Under the pieces are notes generated by a model. It saw only the letters and a list, made by a program, of their open reading frames with translations, had not been told where the DNA came from and ran no database searches. Made by a program: the position numbers and the translations under genes. A DNA stretch of 32,000 nt from Enterobacter phage fGh-Ecl04, in sequence record ON212267.1; one strand, 5' to 3'. This document shows, one piece after another, positions 1 through 7,536 of this stretch (positions are counted from its first letter, which is position 1; each line of letters begins with the position of its first letter).

Positions 1-102
1 TTTGAAGATTAGTTCTAGCTCAGTAGCGATACTCTGGTCCACCTTTGGACCAGATTTCATATCAACCTCGACATATCCTTCAGGAATGTCTTCTTCAAAC
101 AT
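1..102 (-). CDS. 5' part of a gene that runs off the window (MFEEDIPEGYVEVDMKSGPKVDQSIATELELIFK...); a TTG start at 120 is also possible
   Basis: Manual translation of the reverse complement; open to the window edge. An in-frame TTG at 120 would overlap the upstream stop. Confidence 0.6.
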   Translation of the reverse strand, partial: MFEEDIPEGYVEVDMKSGPKVDQSIATELELIFK

Positions 103-116
103 ATCGAAAATGTTAC

Positions 117-626
117 TCAACGCGGAAGTGCCTCCGTTTTAGGAACACCCAATAGATGCCAAATACCTCTACGAAAAAGAATCATATCAAATTGGTCTGT
201 GATTAACCAATTGTTAAAATTCATAGTTCCGTATTCATCAGTGTGCATCATATTTGGAATTTTCACAGTATCGACACTTTTAACACCGAATTTAGGTTCT
301 GGAATAATGTCAATCAGATTAGTTTGTGGAATTTTCCAGCCACCAATTAAGAAACTTTCTTGAACATCAAATGGAGAATTTTTAGTTTTCACATAAGTGT
401 TGTATTCTTTGATGATAACATCAACACCTTCAGGCCAACCATTTTTCAATTCACTTGGGTCAACATTATCACGACAACCAGTTCCATATTCTAAAAATGG
501 ATTATAGCAGATAGCTACCATGATTTCCCTTTTATGAAGAGGATGCCTTTTATCGGTGAATGATGGAAAATCGCGAGAAACAAATTCCAAACCGAATGTA
601 GTAATTTTGTATTGTTTATCAGTCAC
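117..626 (-). CDS. conserved-looking phage hypothetical protein; probable GTG start at 626 (MTDKQYKITTFGLEF...)
   Basis: ORF track 117..674. A GGAGG motif lies just upstream of GTG at 626, and this start reduces the overlap with the neighbouring ORF. Confidence 0.7.
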   Translation of the reverse strand: MTDKQYKITTFGLEFVSRDFPSFTDKRHPLHKREIMVAICYNPFLEYGTGCRDNVDPSELKNGWPEGVDVIIKEYNTYVKTKNSPFDVQESFLIGGWKIPQTNLIDIIPEPKFGVKSVDTVKIPNMMHTDEYGTMNFNNWLITDQFDMILFRRGIWHLLGVPKTEALPR

Positions 627-1011
627 AGGTGAAGCCTCCGCTAGAGTCACAGGATGTATTTGAGGGACTATCAATATATGATGTTGTATGTATCATTGGA
701 CTATCAGAATAAGATGCTCTGGATGAACTAGAGTGATTCTGGTGATTAACTGGAGTATGAGTTACGCGTCCAGTATAAGTCTGTCCATTTCGTTGAACTT
801 TATCTTTCTTCGTTATCACTTCTTCCATCATTCCGTCGCCCATGTAAATCCATTCACGTTGTTCATTTGCGCCTTCCTCATATGCAACGGCCATATCATT
901 GGCTCCATACATATGTTGATTGATGCTTTCATCAAGTCGAGCTTCTTCAGCTTTGATTTGGGTATCTGACCGAGGATTACCGAATAACCCTCTTACAAAA
1001 TTCATAATCAT
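619..1011 (-). CDS. hypothetical protein (Ser/Thr-rich C-terminus)
   Basis: ORF track 619..1014; ATG at 1011 or 1005; overlaps the stop of the upstream gene. Confidence 0.7.
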   Translation of the reverse strand: MIMNFVRGLFGNPRSDTQIKAEEARLDESINQHMYGANDMAVAYEEGANEQREWIYMGDGMMEEVITKKDKVQRNGQTYTGRVTHTPVNHQNHSSSSRASYSDSPMIHTTSYIDSPSNTSCDSSGGFTCD

Positions 1012-1262
1012 CAATAACTCCAGTTCAAAAATTGAATGTTGAATACATTTCTTTTGTAAACACCATCTACTTTAACCAAATCATAATACAGAACTTCAAT
1101 AGCACATTCAAGAGATGTTCCAACTTCTCTGTAAGCATGTAACTTGACATCAACAAAGAAATCGGTATTAGTTTCTCTTTCTATATACTTTAAGCGAACT
1201 AAATCGCTGATTCCACCACAATCACCTACAGGTTTACGCCATGGAGTTGTTTTAACATTCAT
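1011..1262 (-). CDS. hypothetical protein (MNVKTTPWRKPVGDCGG...)
   Basis: ORF track 1011..1289. The upstream ATG at 1289 overlaps a TATAAT -10 element, and a GAGG Shine-Dalgarno precedes ATG at 1262. Confidence 0.7.
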   Translation of the reverse strand: MNVKTTPWRKPVGDCGGISDLVRLKYIERETNTDFFVDVKLHAYREVGTSLECAIEVLYYDLVKVDGVYKRNVFNIQFLNWSY

Positions 1263-1287
1263 AGTATTTTCCTCATTTAGTGAAGTC

Positions 1288-1313
1288 ATTATACACTACT
1301 CTATAAAAGCAAA
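1288..1313 (-). promoter_or_regulatory. probable MotA-dependent middle promoter (TTTGCTTTT-N11-TATAAT)
   Basis: Minus-strand TTTGCTTTTATAGAGTAGTGTATAAT. Confidence 0.65.
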
Positions 1314-1314
1314 A

Positions 1315-1336
1315 AGGGACTCCCGAAGGAGTCCCT
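1315..1336 (-). terminator. intrinsic terminator AGGGACTCC-TTCG-GGAGTCCCT followed by TTTT
   Basis: Perfect 9-bp stem, UUCG tetraloop, T-tract on the minus strand. Confidence 0.85.
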
Positions 1337-1343
1337 AAACTTA

Positions 1344-1580
1344 TTATTCAGAAGGCGTAACATCAAACAGAGTTTCGTTAGCAGCAATCCACTCGTCACG
1401 CTGATTTCGTTCAAACACCGTAGAATACGCTGGTGTTTCAGATGGGAAAACCTGGTAGTGAGCATTAGCAATACGATGAACATCAGAATACAGTTCAAAT
1501 GCTACAGAAATTTCTTTACCTTTTACTTCGCCAGCAGAAGTCTGATGATCGAAAGTTTTTACGTTTACATAACCGGCCAT
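1344..1580 (-). CDS. hypothetical protein, 78 aa
   Basis: ORF track; AAGGAG upstream; followed by the terminator-like hairpin at 1315..1336. Confidence 0.75.
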   Translation of the reverse strand: MAGYVNVKTFDHQTSAGEVKGKEISVAFELYSDVHRIANAHYQVFPSETPAYSTVFERNQRDEWIAANETLFDVTPSE

Positions 1581-1611
1581 TGTAATCTCCTTTAATTAGT
1601 TACAAGTCTAT

Positions 1612-1977
1612 TTATTCAATAATACTGGCAACCTGTAACTCAAAGTTTTTAGTTCTGATAGTTTCAATAGCCGAATTCATTTCTTCTGTGTTTCCGCTAA
1701 CAACAATATCAGAAAAACTTTCATGAAGATTAACGAGTTCTTCGCTTCTTTCCATGAACTCTTGTTGAGTTATTTCAAGTTTAAAGAACTCTTTAGGAAC
1801 TTCAAAGGTGTATTGACCCTTGGCTGCGATAACCCATTTTCCAAAACTGGATTTTATAGCTACATAGTCTTCAGGAGTGTTAAACTTCCAATGAGCTCTG
1901 TCAGCGTAAGCCGTGCTATGCTCAGCCGGAGAAGCTGGTCTCCCAGCTTTCTGCCACGCGTAATAATCAAATTTCAT
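1612..1977 (-). CDS. hypothetical protein, 121 aa
   Basis: ORF track; meets the gene 56 stop region. Confidence 0.7.
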   Translation of the reverse strand: MKFDYYAWQKAGRPASPAEHSTAYADRAHWKFNTPEDYVAIKSSFGKWVIAAKGQYTFEVPKEFFKLEITQQEFMERSEELVNLHESFSDIVVSGNTEEMNSAIETIRTKNFELQVASIIE

Positions 1978-2495
1978 TAATAACCTCGGTCTTGTCGAGC
2001 AAAGTTCTCTGCGTTTTTCAGATAATACAGTTTGAACACTTCTTCAGCTGTCATACCAAGAGCCATAATTTTATTCAGGAAGAAGTGTAACTGGTCAATC
2101 AACTCAAATTTAATTTCAAGCTGGTCTTCTGGAGAAAGGTCTTTAATTTTCTTAGACTGCATTTCTACGTGTTGAGCTTTCCAAGGTTTCCACACAGCAG
2201 ATGCTGCTTTTTCACCATTGCTCATACCGCCAAGTGCAGTATACAATTCGCGAGTTTCGTCTGCGATATAATCATCTTGAGCTCGCAACCAAGCTAGTAC
2301 TTCACCTGCGGTTTCCAGAGAATCTGGATGACGATTACTGAATGGTTTATCTTCAGCAAGACGGACTTGAAGAGATTTCTGCATATCGAGCATTACTTGC
2401 AGAGGGTCTTGATGATTATCAATTACTGCATTATACGCACCGTTTGCTTGGTCCGCGCCTTCAATTAGATGTGAGCATTCATTAAAGTGAGCCAT
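1977..2495 (-). CDS. 56: dCTPase/dUTPase (dCTP pyrophosphatase), T4 gp56 homologue
   Basis: 172 aa; near-identical to remembered T4 gp56 (MAHFNEC.HLIEG...DPLQVMLDMQ..LQ.RLA.DKP..NRHPDSLETAGEVLAWLR.QDDYIADETRELY; C-terminus FKLYYLKNAENFARQDRGY). Confidence 0.96.
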   Translation of the reverse strand: MAHFNECSHLIEGADQANGAYNAVIDNHQDPLQVMLDMQKSLQVRLAEDKPFSNRHPDSLETAGEVLAWLRAQDDYIADETRELYTALGGMSNGEKAASAVWKPWKAQHVEMQSKKIKDLSPEDQLEIKFELIDQLHFFLNKIMALGMTAEEVFKLYYLKNAENFARQDRGY

Positions 2496-2525
2496 TGTGT
2501 TTTCCTTTTGTCAAATCAGAAATAA

Positions 2526-2552
2526 ATTATATCATTAACTTTATTTAGCAAC
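2526..2552 (-). promoter_or_regulatory. possible MotA-dependent middle promoter of gene 56 (GTTGCTAAA-N12-TATAAT)
   Basis: Minus-strand GTTGCTAAATAAAGTTAATGATATAAT. Confidence 0.5.
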
Positions 2553-2825
2553 GAATCCAAGGTTTTCAGACATTTTGCGGAATTTTTCCATCTTTTCAAA
2601 TTTCTTCCAAACTTCTTCTCTGTCTTCTACGAAATCGAAATCAGTATGCACTCGCAAATTAAGAAGACAACCCATGATGTCGTTTAATTCAGCTATTAAT
2701 CTTTCACGATTAGTTTTGCCTTCATATTCTGAGTCAATTCCGAATTGAATAATCTTAGAGCAAAGCATTGCGACTTCAGTACATTCTTCACCTAACTTAA
2801 GAAATGCATGTTGTTCTATGTTCAT
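2541..2825 (-). CDS. MazG-like nucleotide pyrophosphohydrolase domain protein, 94 aa
   Basis: Motif pattern LGEECTEVAMLCSKIIQFG...RERLIAELNDIMGCL (ExxE ... ExxD typical of all-alpha NTP-PPases); ATGA overlap with the gene 61 stop. Confidence 0.65.
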   Translation of the reverse strand: MNIEQHAFLKLGEECTEVAMLCSKIIQFGIDSEYEGKTNRERLIAELNDIMGCLLNLRVHTDFDFVEDREEVWKKFEKMEKFRKMSENLGFVAK

Positions 2826-3847
2826 ATTTTAGCATACCGAGTAAATCTCATCTTAGCCATTAAGCCTGATTCGATATTGTTGTTGATGTAATCCATGATT
2901 TGTTCAGGTGTAGCACCTTCTTTCATAATCATGTCGTTCACGTCTTTTGAAGACCAAGGTGACTTATCCCAAAAGACAACTCTTTCTCCAGCGTCAATAA
3001 GCTTCTTCATACGCTTTATTGTATCTGGATGACGAGGTTCATGGTCCATAATCCAAGCACGATTACCTTCATACGGAACCATGCTCAACTCAATAGAACC
3101 ACCAGTAATTGCGATAGCATTGTTGATGAACAAACTATCTAATGGTCCTTCCATAACAAACACGAGCTTATTAGGGTCAACGGTATCTTGGCCATAAATT
3201 TTCGTAGCAAGCTCATGAGCTTTAATTGTCATGTATTTTTGGGGAGCGTCTTTTGAGAGGGCTCGCCCTTGGAAGGATTCAATTTTGCCTTTTTCATTAA
3301 AGATTGGAATAACCAAGCGCGGTTCATTTTTCTCATGTGAGTATGTACCTTCGTTTACTGAGTTAACGAGAGCCGGCCATTGAGTAGTAAACCACAGTCG
3401 GTTCCATTTATCTTTAGGAATTTTACGTCCTGCGACGTATTTGCATATTGGATGAGCCGGTGAAAGCCTATCTAATCGCTCACAGTAATCAAGCTTTTGA
3501 ATGAATTTCTTTTCAACCGGAGGAAGTTTAACTTCTTTCTTAGGAGCTGAACGAGCTTGACCTTGTTCTTTACGAACTTCAAGAATGTATTCTCGATATA
3601 AGTCAGGTTCATTTTCTCGCAGATATTTAGCTAATCCTAGGTGTGCATCACAGTTATAGCAATGGACTACAATTCCGCCAGTAGGTTGTTCATACGCCCA
3701 TCCACGAGCTTTGAATTGGTCTTTTTGTGAGTCACCACAAATTGGGCAACGAAAATTCAATTTAAAACGATGACCATTTGTTACTTGTTTGAATCTTGGA
3801 AGGTGTGAAAATGCGCGGTACGCAAACTCGTTATCAACCCAACTCAC
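2822..3847 (-). CDS. 61: DNA primase, T4 gp61 homologue (GTG start)
   Basis: 341 aa; zinc-binding CPICGDS..HCYNCDAHLGLAKYL, TOPRIM-type VFVMEGPLDSLFINNA, C-terminal D-rich motif; AAGGAG upstream of GTG at 3847. Confidence 0.93.
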   Translation of the reverse strand: MSWVDNEFAYRAFSHLPRFKQVTNGHRFKLNFRCPICGDSQKDQFKARGWAYEQPTGGIVVHCYNCDAHLGLAKYLRENEPDLYREYILEVRKEQGQARSAPKKEVKLPPVEKKFIQKLDYCERLDRLSPAHPICKYVAGRKIPKDKWNRLWFTTQWPALVNSVNEGTYSHEKNEPRLVIPIFNEKGKIESFQGRALSKDAPQKYMTIKAHELATKIYGQDTVDPNKLVFVMEGPLDSLFINNAIAITGGSIELSMVPYEGNRAWIMDHEPRHPDTIKRMKKLIDAGERVVFWDKSPWSSKDVNDMIMKEGATPEQIMDYINNNIESGLMAKMRFTRYAKI

Positions 3848-3861
3848 TATATTCTCCTTAG

Positions 3862-3881
3862 TGGCCTTATTTCTAAGGCCA
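3862..3881 (-). other. hairpin TGGCCTTA-GAAA-TAAGGCCA in the leader of primase gene 61
   Basis: Perfect 8-bp stem with GNRA tetraloop, between a TATAAT (3881..3886) and the AAGGAG ribosome binding site. Confidence 0.6.
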
Positions 3882-3886
3882 TTATA

Positions 3887-4351
3887 TCACAGTTTATTGA
3901 GATTTACTTTGATGCGCTTACGTTTCTTTGGTAGGGTCTCAGGACCTTTATTGGTGATTGCTCCGGTTGTGGTACCAGAGGCGATATTCTGGACACTTCC
4001 ACCGGAATCTCCGGCTACCATGTCCTCGAACAAGGGAAGAGCCTCAAATATCTCTTTTTGTTCGGATTCGGTGATATTGTAACGTGAAGCTACTGCTGAC
4101 CATGCACTCATCATGGATGCTACTCCATTGAGTCCTGGTACAGTTGTTAACATTCTTTTGATTGAACGCACAGATGCGTGGAAAGCAGTATAAGATGCTT
4201 TCTCTTCTGGAGTAGTAGGTCGCTTCAGAACCGTACCCTTTTCATCGATTATCTTGGCTTCATATGCTTTCCATTCAGTGAATGGTTTTTGCATTAGCCG
4301 GATAAACTTATACGCATAGACGGCGTCAATACCGCTTTTAATAGTTGACAT
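3887..4351 (-). CDS. hypothetical protein, 154 aa, in the 61-41 interval
   Basis: ORF track; basic C-terminus KKRKRIKVNLNKL. Confidence 0.75.
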   Translation of the reverse strand: MSTIKSGIDAVYAYKFIRLMQKPFTEWKAYEAKIIDEKGTVLKRPTTPEEKASYTAFHASVRSIKRMLTTVPGLNGVASMMSAWSAVASRYNITESEQKEIFEALPLFEDMVAGDSGGSVQNIASGTTTGAITNKGPETLPKKRKRIKVNLNKL

Positions 4352-4366
4352 AGTCTCCTCTTCTAT

Positions 4367-4555
4367 TTATCGTTTAACACAAACGAATTTAGCAGAGGTT
4401 GAAAAATCACGAGCTGAAGTACGCCATTCTTCACCAGCTTGGTTGCATAGTTCTTCTGCCGTAGGACCAGCTTGCGTTGGCTTGAATTCAATTTGATTCA
4501 TAGCAACTCCACCATGTTCACTAATGAGAGTCATGATTAAAATAAATGTGCTCAT
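4367..4555 (-). CDS. small protein with hydrophobic N-terminus (MSTFILIMTLI...)
   Basis: ORF track 4367..4567; ATG at 4555 gives an ATGA overlap with the upstream gene stop. Confidence 0.6.
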   Translation of the reverse strand: MSTFILIMTLISEHGGVAMNQIEFKPTQAGPTAEELCNQAGEEWRTSARDFSTSAKFVCVKR

Positions 4556-4887
4556 CGTTTCATCCACGCGTTAAAAATATCATCATCACTTCCAGTATAA
4601 TCCATGCGGTCTTCGAATAATTCACAATCAACACAGATTACTTCAATTCCTTCCCAAAGCAAATCGTCATCAATACCAGATTCCCAAGCAGAATCTTTGG
4701 CTAATTTTTCAATCAACTGTTTTGTTAATTTTTGACCTTCATGGACGAAGCTTGATTCAAATGACAAATCTACTCTGAGTATTCTTTTGAAAATGTCATA
4801 ATGAACTGAACCACATTCACATCCACACTCATCGATGAAACTAATTAGCCCATTATGTTCATCACAAACAGCTTTCATTTTGTACAT
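4552..4887 (-). CDS. hypothetical acidic protein, 111 aa
   Basis: ORF track; translationally overlapped with both neighbours. Confidence 0.7.
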   Translation of the reverse strand: MYKMKAVCDEHNGLISFIDECGCECGSVHYDIFKRILRVDLSFESSFVHEGQKLTKQLIEKLAKDSAWESGIDDDLLWEGIEVICVDCELFEDRMDYTGSDDDIFNAWMKR

Positions 4888-5078
4888 CGTCTTTCCTGCT
4901 CTGTTTTAATTGCGACCAATACTAGACCTTTACGATAAGATTCACGAGGGTCTGCTGGAAATCCCCAACGAGTAAGGCCTGTGTCAATTTCACGCTCAAA
5001 GCGCAAGCGAAGCTGAGCCAATTCTACGTCATGATAATCTACAAGGTCTCTGCCTTCAAAAATCATAAGCCAATCCAC
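4875..5078 (-). CDS. hypothetical protein, 67 aa
   Basis: ORF track; overlaps both neighbours. Confidence 0.6.
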   Translation of the reverse strand: MDWLMIFEGRDLVDYHDVELAQLRLRFEREIDTGLTRWGFPADPRESYRKGLVLVAIKTEQERRCTK

Positions 5079-5344
5079 TCTAACACTTCAGGCACAGAAG
5101 CGTTTTCACAATACAGATTTGTGCCAGCAACTACCAGGTCGCTTTCACCCAGGTCTTCGATAAGCATCTTCTGGTTCTTATCTGCACCAGCTTCAAGGTC
5201 ATGAATCAGTTTAGGCTTAACCTTATCCCAGTCACCTTCAACAAATTTGATGCATGGAATTGAAGTGTAATCTGCTTTAGCCATAGCTGGAACAGCAGAG
5301 CATGATGATACAGCAAAGATTAGTGCAAGTACAAGTTTTTTCAT
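5063..5344 (-). CDS. sp: Sp/Spackle-like superinfection exclusion protein (T4 61.3 position), secreted
   Basis: 93 aa; signal peptide MKKLVLALIFAVSSCSAVPAMA resembles T4 Sp MKKFIFATIFALASCAAQPAMA; LYC near the C-terminus; syntenic between 61 and 41. Confidence 0.75.
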   Translation of the reverse strand: MKKLVLALIFAVSSCSAVPAMAKADYTSIPCIKFVEGDWDKVKPKLIHDLEAGADKNQKMLIEDLGESDLVVAGTNLYCENASVPEVLEWIGL

Positions 5345-5362
5345 TTTATTTTCCTCAAATAG

Positions 5363-5378
5363 AGGGCCATAAGGCCCT
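5363..5378 (-). terminator. terminator-like hairpin AGGGCC-TTAT-GGCCCT followed by CTATTT
   Basis: Perfect 6-bp stem, 4-nt loop, between the 5378..5653 and sp genes. Confidence 0.5.
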
Positions 5379-5653
5379 TATGCACATACAAAATTGCTGG
5401 CACGAACTAAACGAAAATCACCTTCTGCGTAGATACCCATTGTTACATGCTCACCAATATCTAAGTAAGGAGGTACAATAACTTTAACAAATCCACCATT
5501 GTCGAGAATTTCACGAATTACGCCATCACAACGTAAATTTGCGTCTTCAGCTTTGCGAACGATAGAACCAACTTTAAATGGTGTCGTTAAGATATTTGCT
5601 TTATGAGTACGAGCGGTTTCATCGATAAGTTTTTCAATTGTCCAGATTGCCAT
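5378..5653 (-). CDS. hypothetical protein, 91 aa (MAIWTIEKLIDETARTHKANI...)
   Basis: ORF track 5378..5776; ATG at 5653 has a good GAGG Shine-Dalgarno, and the longer version would include the promoter at 5683..5711. Confidence 0.75.
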   Translation of the reverse strand: MAIWTIEKLIDETARTHKANILTTPFKVGSIVRKAEDANLRCDGVIREILDNGGFVKVIVPPYLDIGEHVTMGIYAEGDFRLVRASNFVCA

Positions 5654-5682
5654 GATATTTTCCTCTTGTTTGGTATAAGGTA

Positions 5683-5711
5683 ATAGTAACACACTTCCAT
5701 GTGCGTGTAAA
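5683..5711 (-). promoter_or_regulatory. probable early promoter: TTTACA-N17-TACTAT with TGT extension
   Basis: GTTTACACGCACATGGAAGTGTGTTACTAT on the minus strand; shares architecture with 24555..24583. Confidence 0.55.
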
Positions 5712-5714
5712 CGG

Positions 5715-7157
5715 TTAGAACTTGAGGTCTTCAGCCAATGCATCGAGTTTAGCCCTTGCACTAGCGTTTTGTTCAACTCGAGTCATTCTGTTACTTTCTG
5801 CGGTTCGTTGCTGAGCGCCAGAAGTCTCTTTGACTGAAGTTGGTTGTTCACCATGTTCTTGAGCGATTTCAACCCAACGCTGATTGCCTTTACTTACACC
5901 AATCAAGAATTTGTTGTTGATATTCTTATCGCCGTAACGAGATTTAATCTGCTTAATGAGCTGTTGACCTTGCTGAGCTAGTTCCTCAGTTTCAATTACT
6001 GCTAGCATAAAGTCTGCAGTTGCTGGTAGACCTGCAGATTCTGCAACATCGCTCATTGAAACATCAGAAGCATCCCAACCTGAACGAGTTGTCTGAGCTG
6101 CTGTCCACAGAACAGTTTCAGATTCAACTGCCAATGCACGAAGTTCTTCTGCGATAGCTTTAACTAATGTGTAACTGTTTTCAGTGTAAACCTTAATACG
6201 GCAAGAAGCACAGATACCAAGATAGTCAATAATGATGACATCAGGAACGAAGTTCTTCTTCAGTTTAAGCTCATTCAGTAATGCACGGAATGTGTTTGCG
6301 TGAGCTCCACCAGTTGGATATTGCTTGATAATCAGACGACCAAGAGTATTCTTTGAGCGCCATTTTTCCATCTTGCCTTTATATTCAGCATATGAAATGT
6401 GGCCGTCATCAATATCGTCCAGTGACACATCAAGTAAGTTAGCATCGATACGTTTTGCACAAACTTCTTCTGCCATTTCCATGGAGATGTACAGAACGTT
6501 CTTACCCATCTGAAGATAGTCAGCAGCAAGAGAACACAAACCTAATGACTTACCGACGTTTACACCTGCGAGCAATACGTTCAGAGTACCAGTCTCTGCG
6601 CCACCCTTAGTGATTCTGTTTAGAATATTGAGTTTGAATGCGACCTTACGAGCTTTGTTCTGGTATGCTAACCAACGAGCTTCATGGTCTTCCATCCAAT
6701 CGTGACCAATGTAACTATCAAATGAAATTGACAGAGCAGCTCGCATGATGTCCGGAATTGCACCTACATCAGGAAGTTTTTTGTTTCGTTTTTCTGGTGG
6801 AAGCTGGGCGTTAGTCTGAATTTCAATAATCTTTGATGTTGCATTGTACATTGCAGATTCTTGAACAAAACGTTCAGTTTCAGCTACGAGCCAGTTTAAA
6901 TCTTCTGGAGTATCTTGAAGCTTATTAATTAACTCACTTGCGCCCTGTACTTCAGTTTCAACTAACTGACTATTATCCAAAGCTACCGCTAATGCAGTTT
7001 TGCTTGGAACAGCTTGATATTTCAGAACGTGCTGATGAATCAGTTTGAAAACATTTTTGGCTGGGCCATGTTCAAAATACTCATCTCCCATATAAGGCCA
7101 AACCTTCGCGAAGAAGGCCTGGTTATACAGCAAATGAGATAAGATTGTTTCTACCAC
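5715..7157 (-). CDS. 41: replicative DNA helicase, T4 gp41 homologue (DnaB-like)
   Basis: 480 aa; Walker A-like LLAGVNVGKSLGLCSLA, Walker B VIIIDYLGI; syntenic with 40 and uvsX. Confidence 0.95.
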   Translation of the reverse strand: MVETILSHLLYNQAFFAKVWPYMGDEYFEHGPAKNVFKLIHQHVLKYQAVPSKTALAVALDNSQLVETEVQGASELINKLQDTPEDLNWLVAETERFVQESAMYNATSKIIEIQTNAQLPPEKRNKKLPDVGAIPDIMRAALSISFDSYIGHDWMEDHEARWLAYQNKARKVAFKLNILNRITKGGAETGTLNVLLAGVNVGKSLGLCSLAADYLQMGKNVLYISMEMAEEVCAKRIDANLLDVSLDDIDDGHISYAEYKGKMEKWRSKNTLGRLIIKQYPTGGAHANTFRALLNELKLKKNFVPDVIIIDYLGICASCRIKVYTENSYTLVKAIAEELRALAVESETVLWTAAQTTRSGWDASDVSMSDVAESAGLPATADFMLAVIETEELAQQGQQLIKQIKSRYGDKNINNKFLIGVSKGNQRWVEIAQEHGEQPTSVKETSGAQQRTAESNRMTRVEQNASARAKLDALAEDLKF

Positions 7158-7167
7158 GATAACCTCA

Positions 7168-7536
7168 TTAAAATAGTTTGAAACGTTTTTTCTTTCTCAT
7201 AATTTCGGCGTGAGCCTGTTGAATTTGTATTTTAATACATTTTTCAACATGTGGTGCAAGGTCGGCTTTTCGTGATTCGTCCAACGTAGAGAACTCTAGT
7301 GACACCTGGCCGCTTTCGTCCAAGTGTAATGAGGTAACATATACGATATGTTCCTCGCCATCCTCTAGGGTTATCAGGATTTCCTGAACGACATTCTCCA
7401 TAGCCTTTTGGACTATTTCTAGACTCTTTTTAAACATCCGCTCAGTTCTTTCAAATTCCCCCTCCTGAGAGGGGGTTTCGTCCTGAACTTCAACTTCAGT
7501 TAAATCGAGGTCTAAGTCCTCGAAATTATTCTTCAT
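7168..7536 (-). CDS. 40: head vertex assembly chaperone, T4 gp40 homologue
   Basis: ORF track 7168..7563; likely start MKNNFEDLDLDLTEVE at 7536; position between uvsX and 41. Confidence 0.8.
   Translation of the reverse strand: MKNNFEDLDLDLTEVEVQDETPSQEGEFERTERMFKKSLEIVQKAMENVVQEILITLEDGEEHIVYVTSLHLDESGQVSLEFSTLDESRKADLAPHVEKCIKIQIQQAHAEIMRKKKRFKLF

Noticed and set aside
1606-1613. AATAAATA on the minus strand, resembling a late promoter
   Set aside because: One mismatch from the TATAAATA consensus in an AT-rich gap; insufficient support.
6332-6529. Minus-strand ORF inside gene 41 in another frame
   Set aside because: Embedded in helicase coding sequence, no motif, low likelihood.
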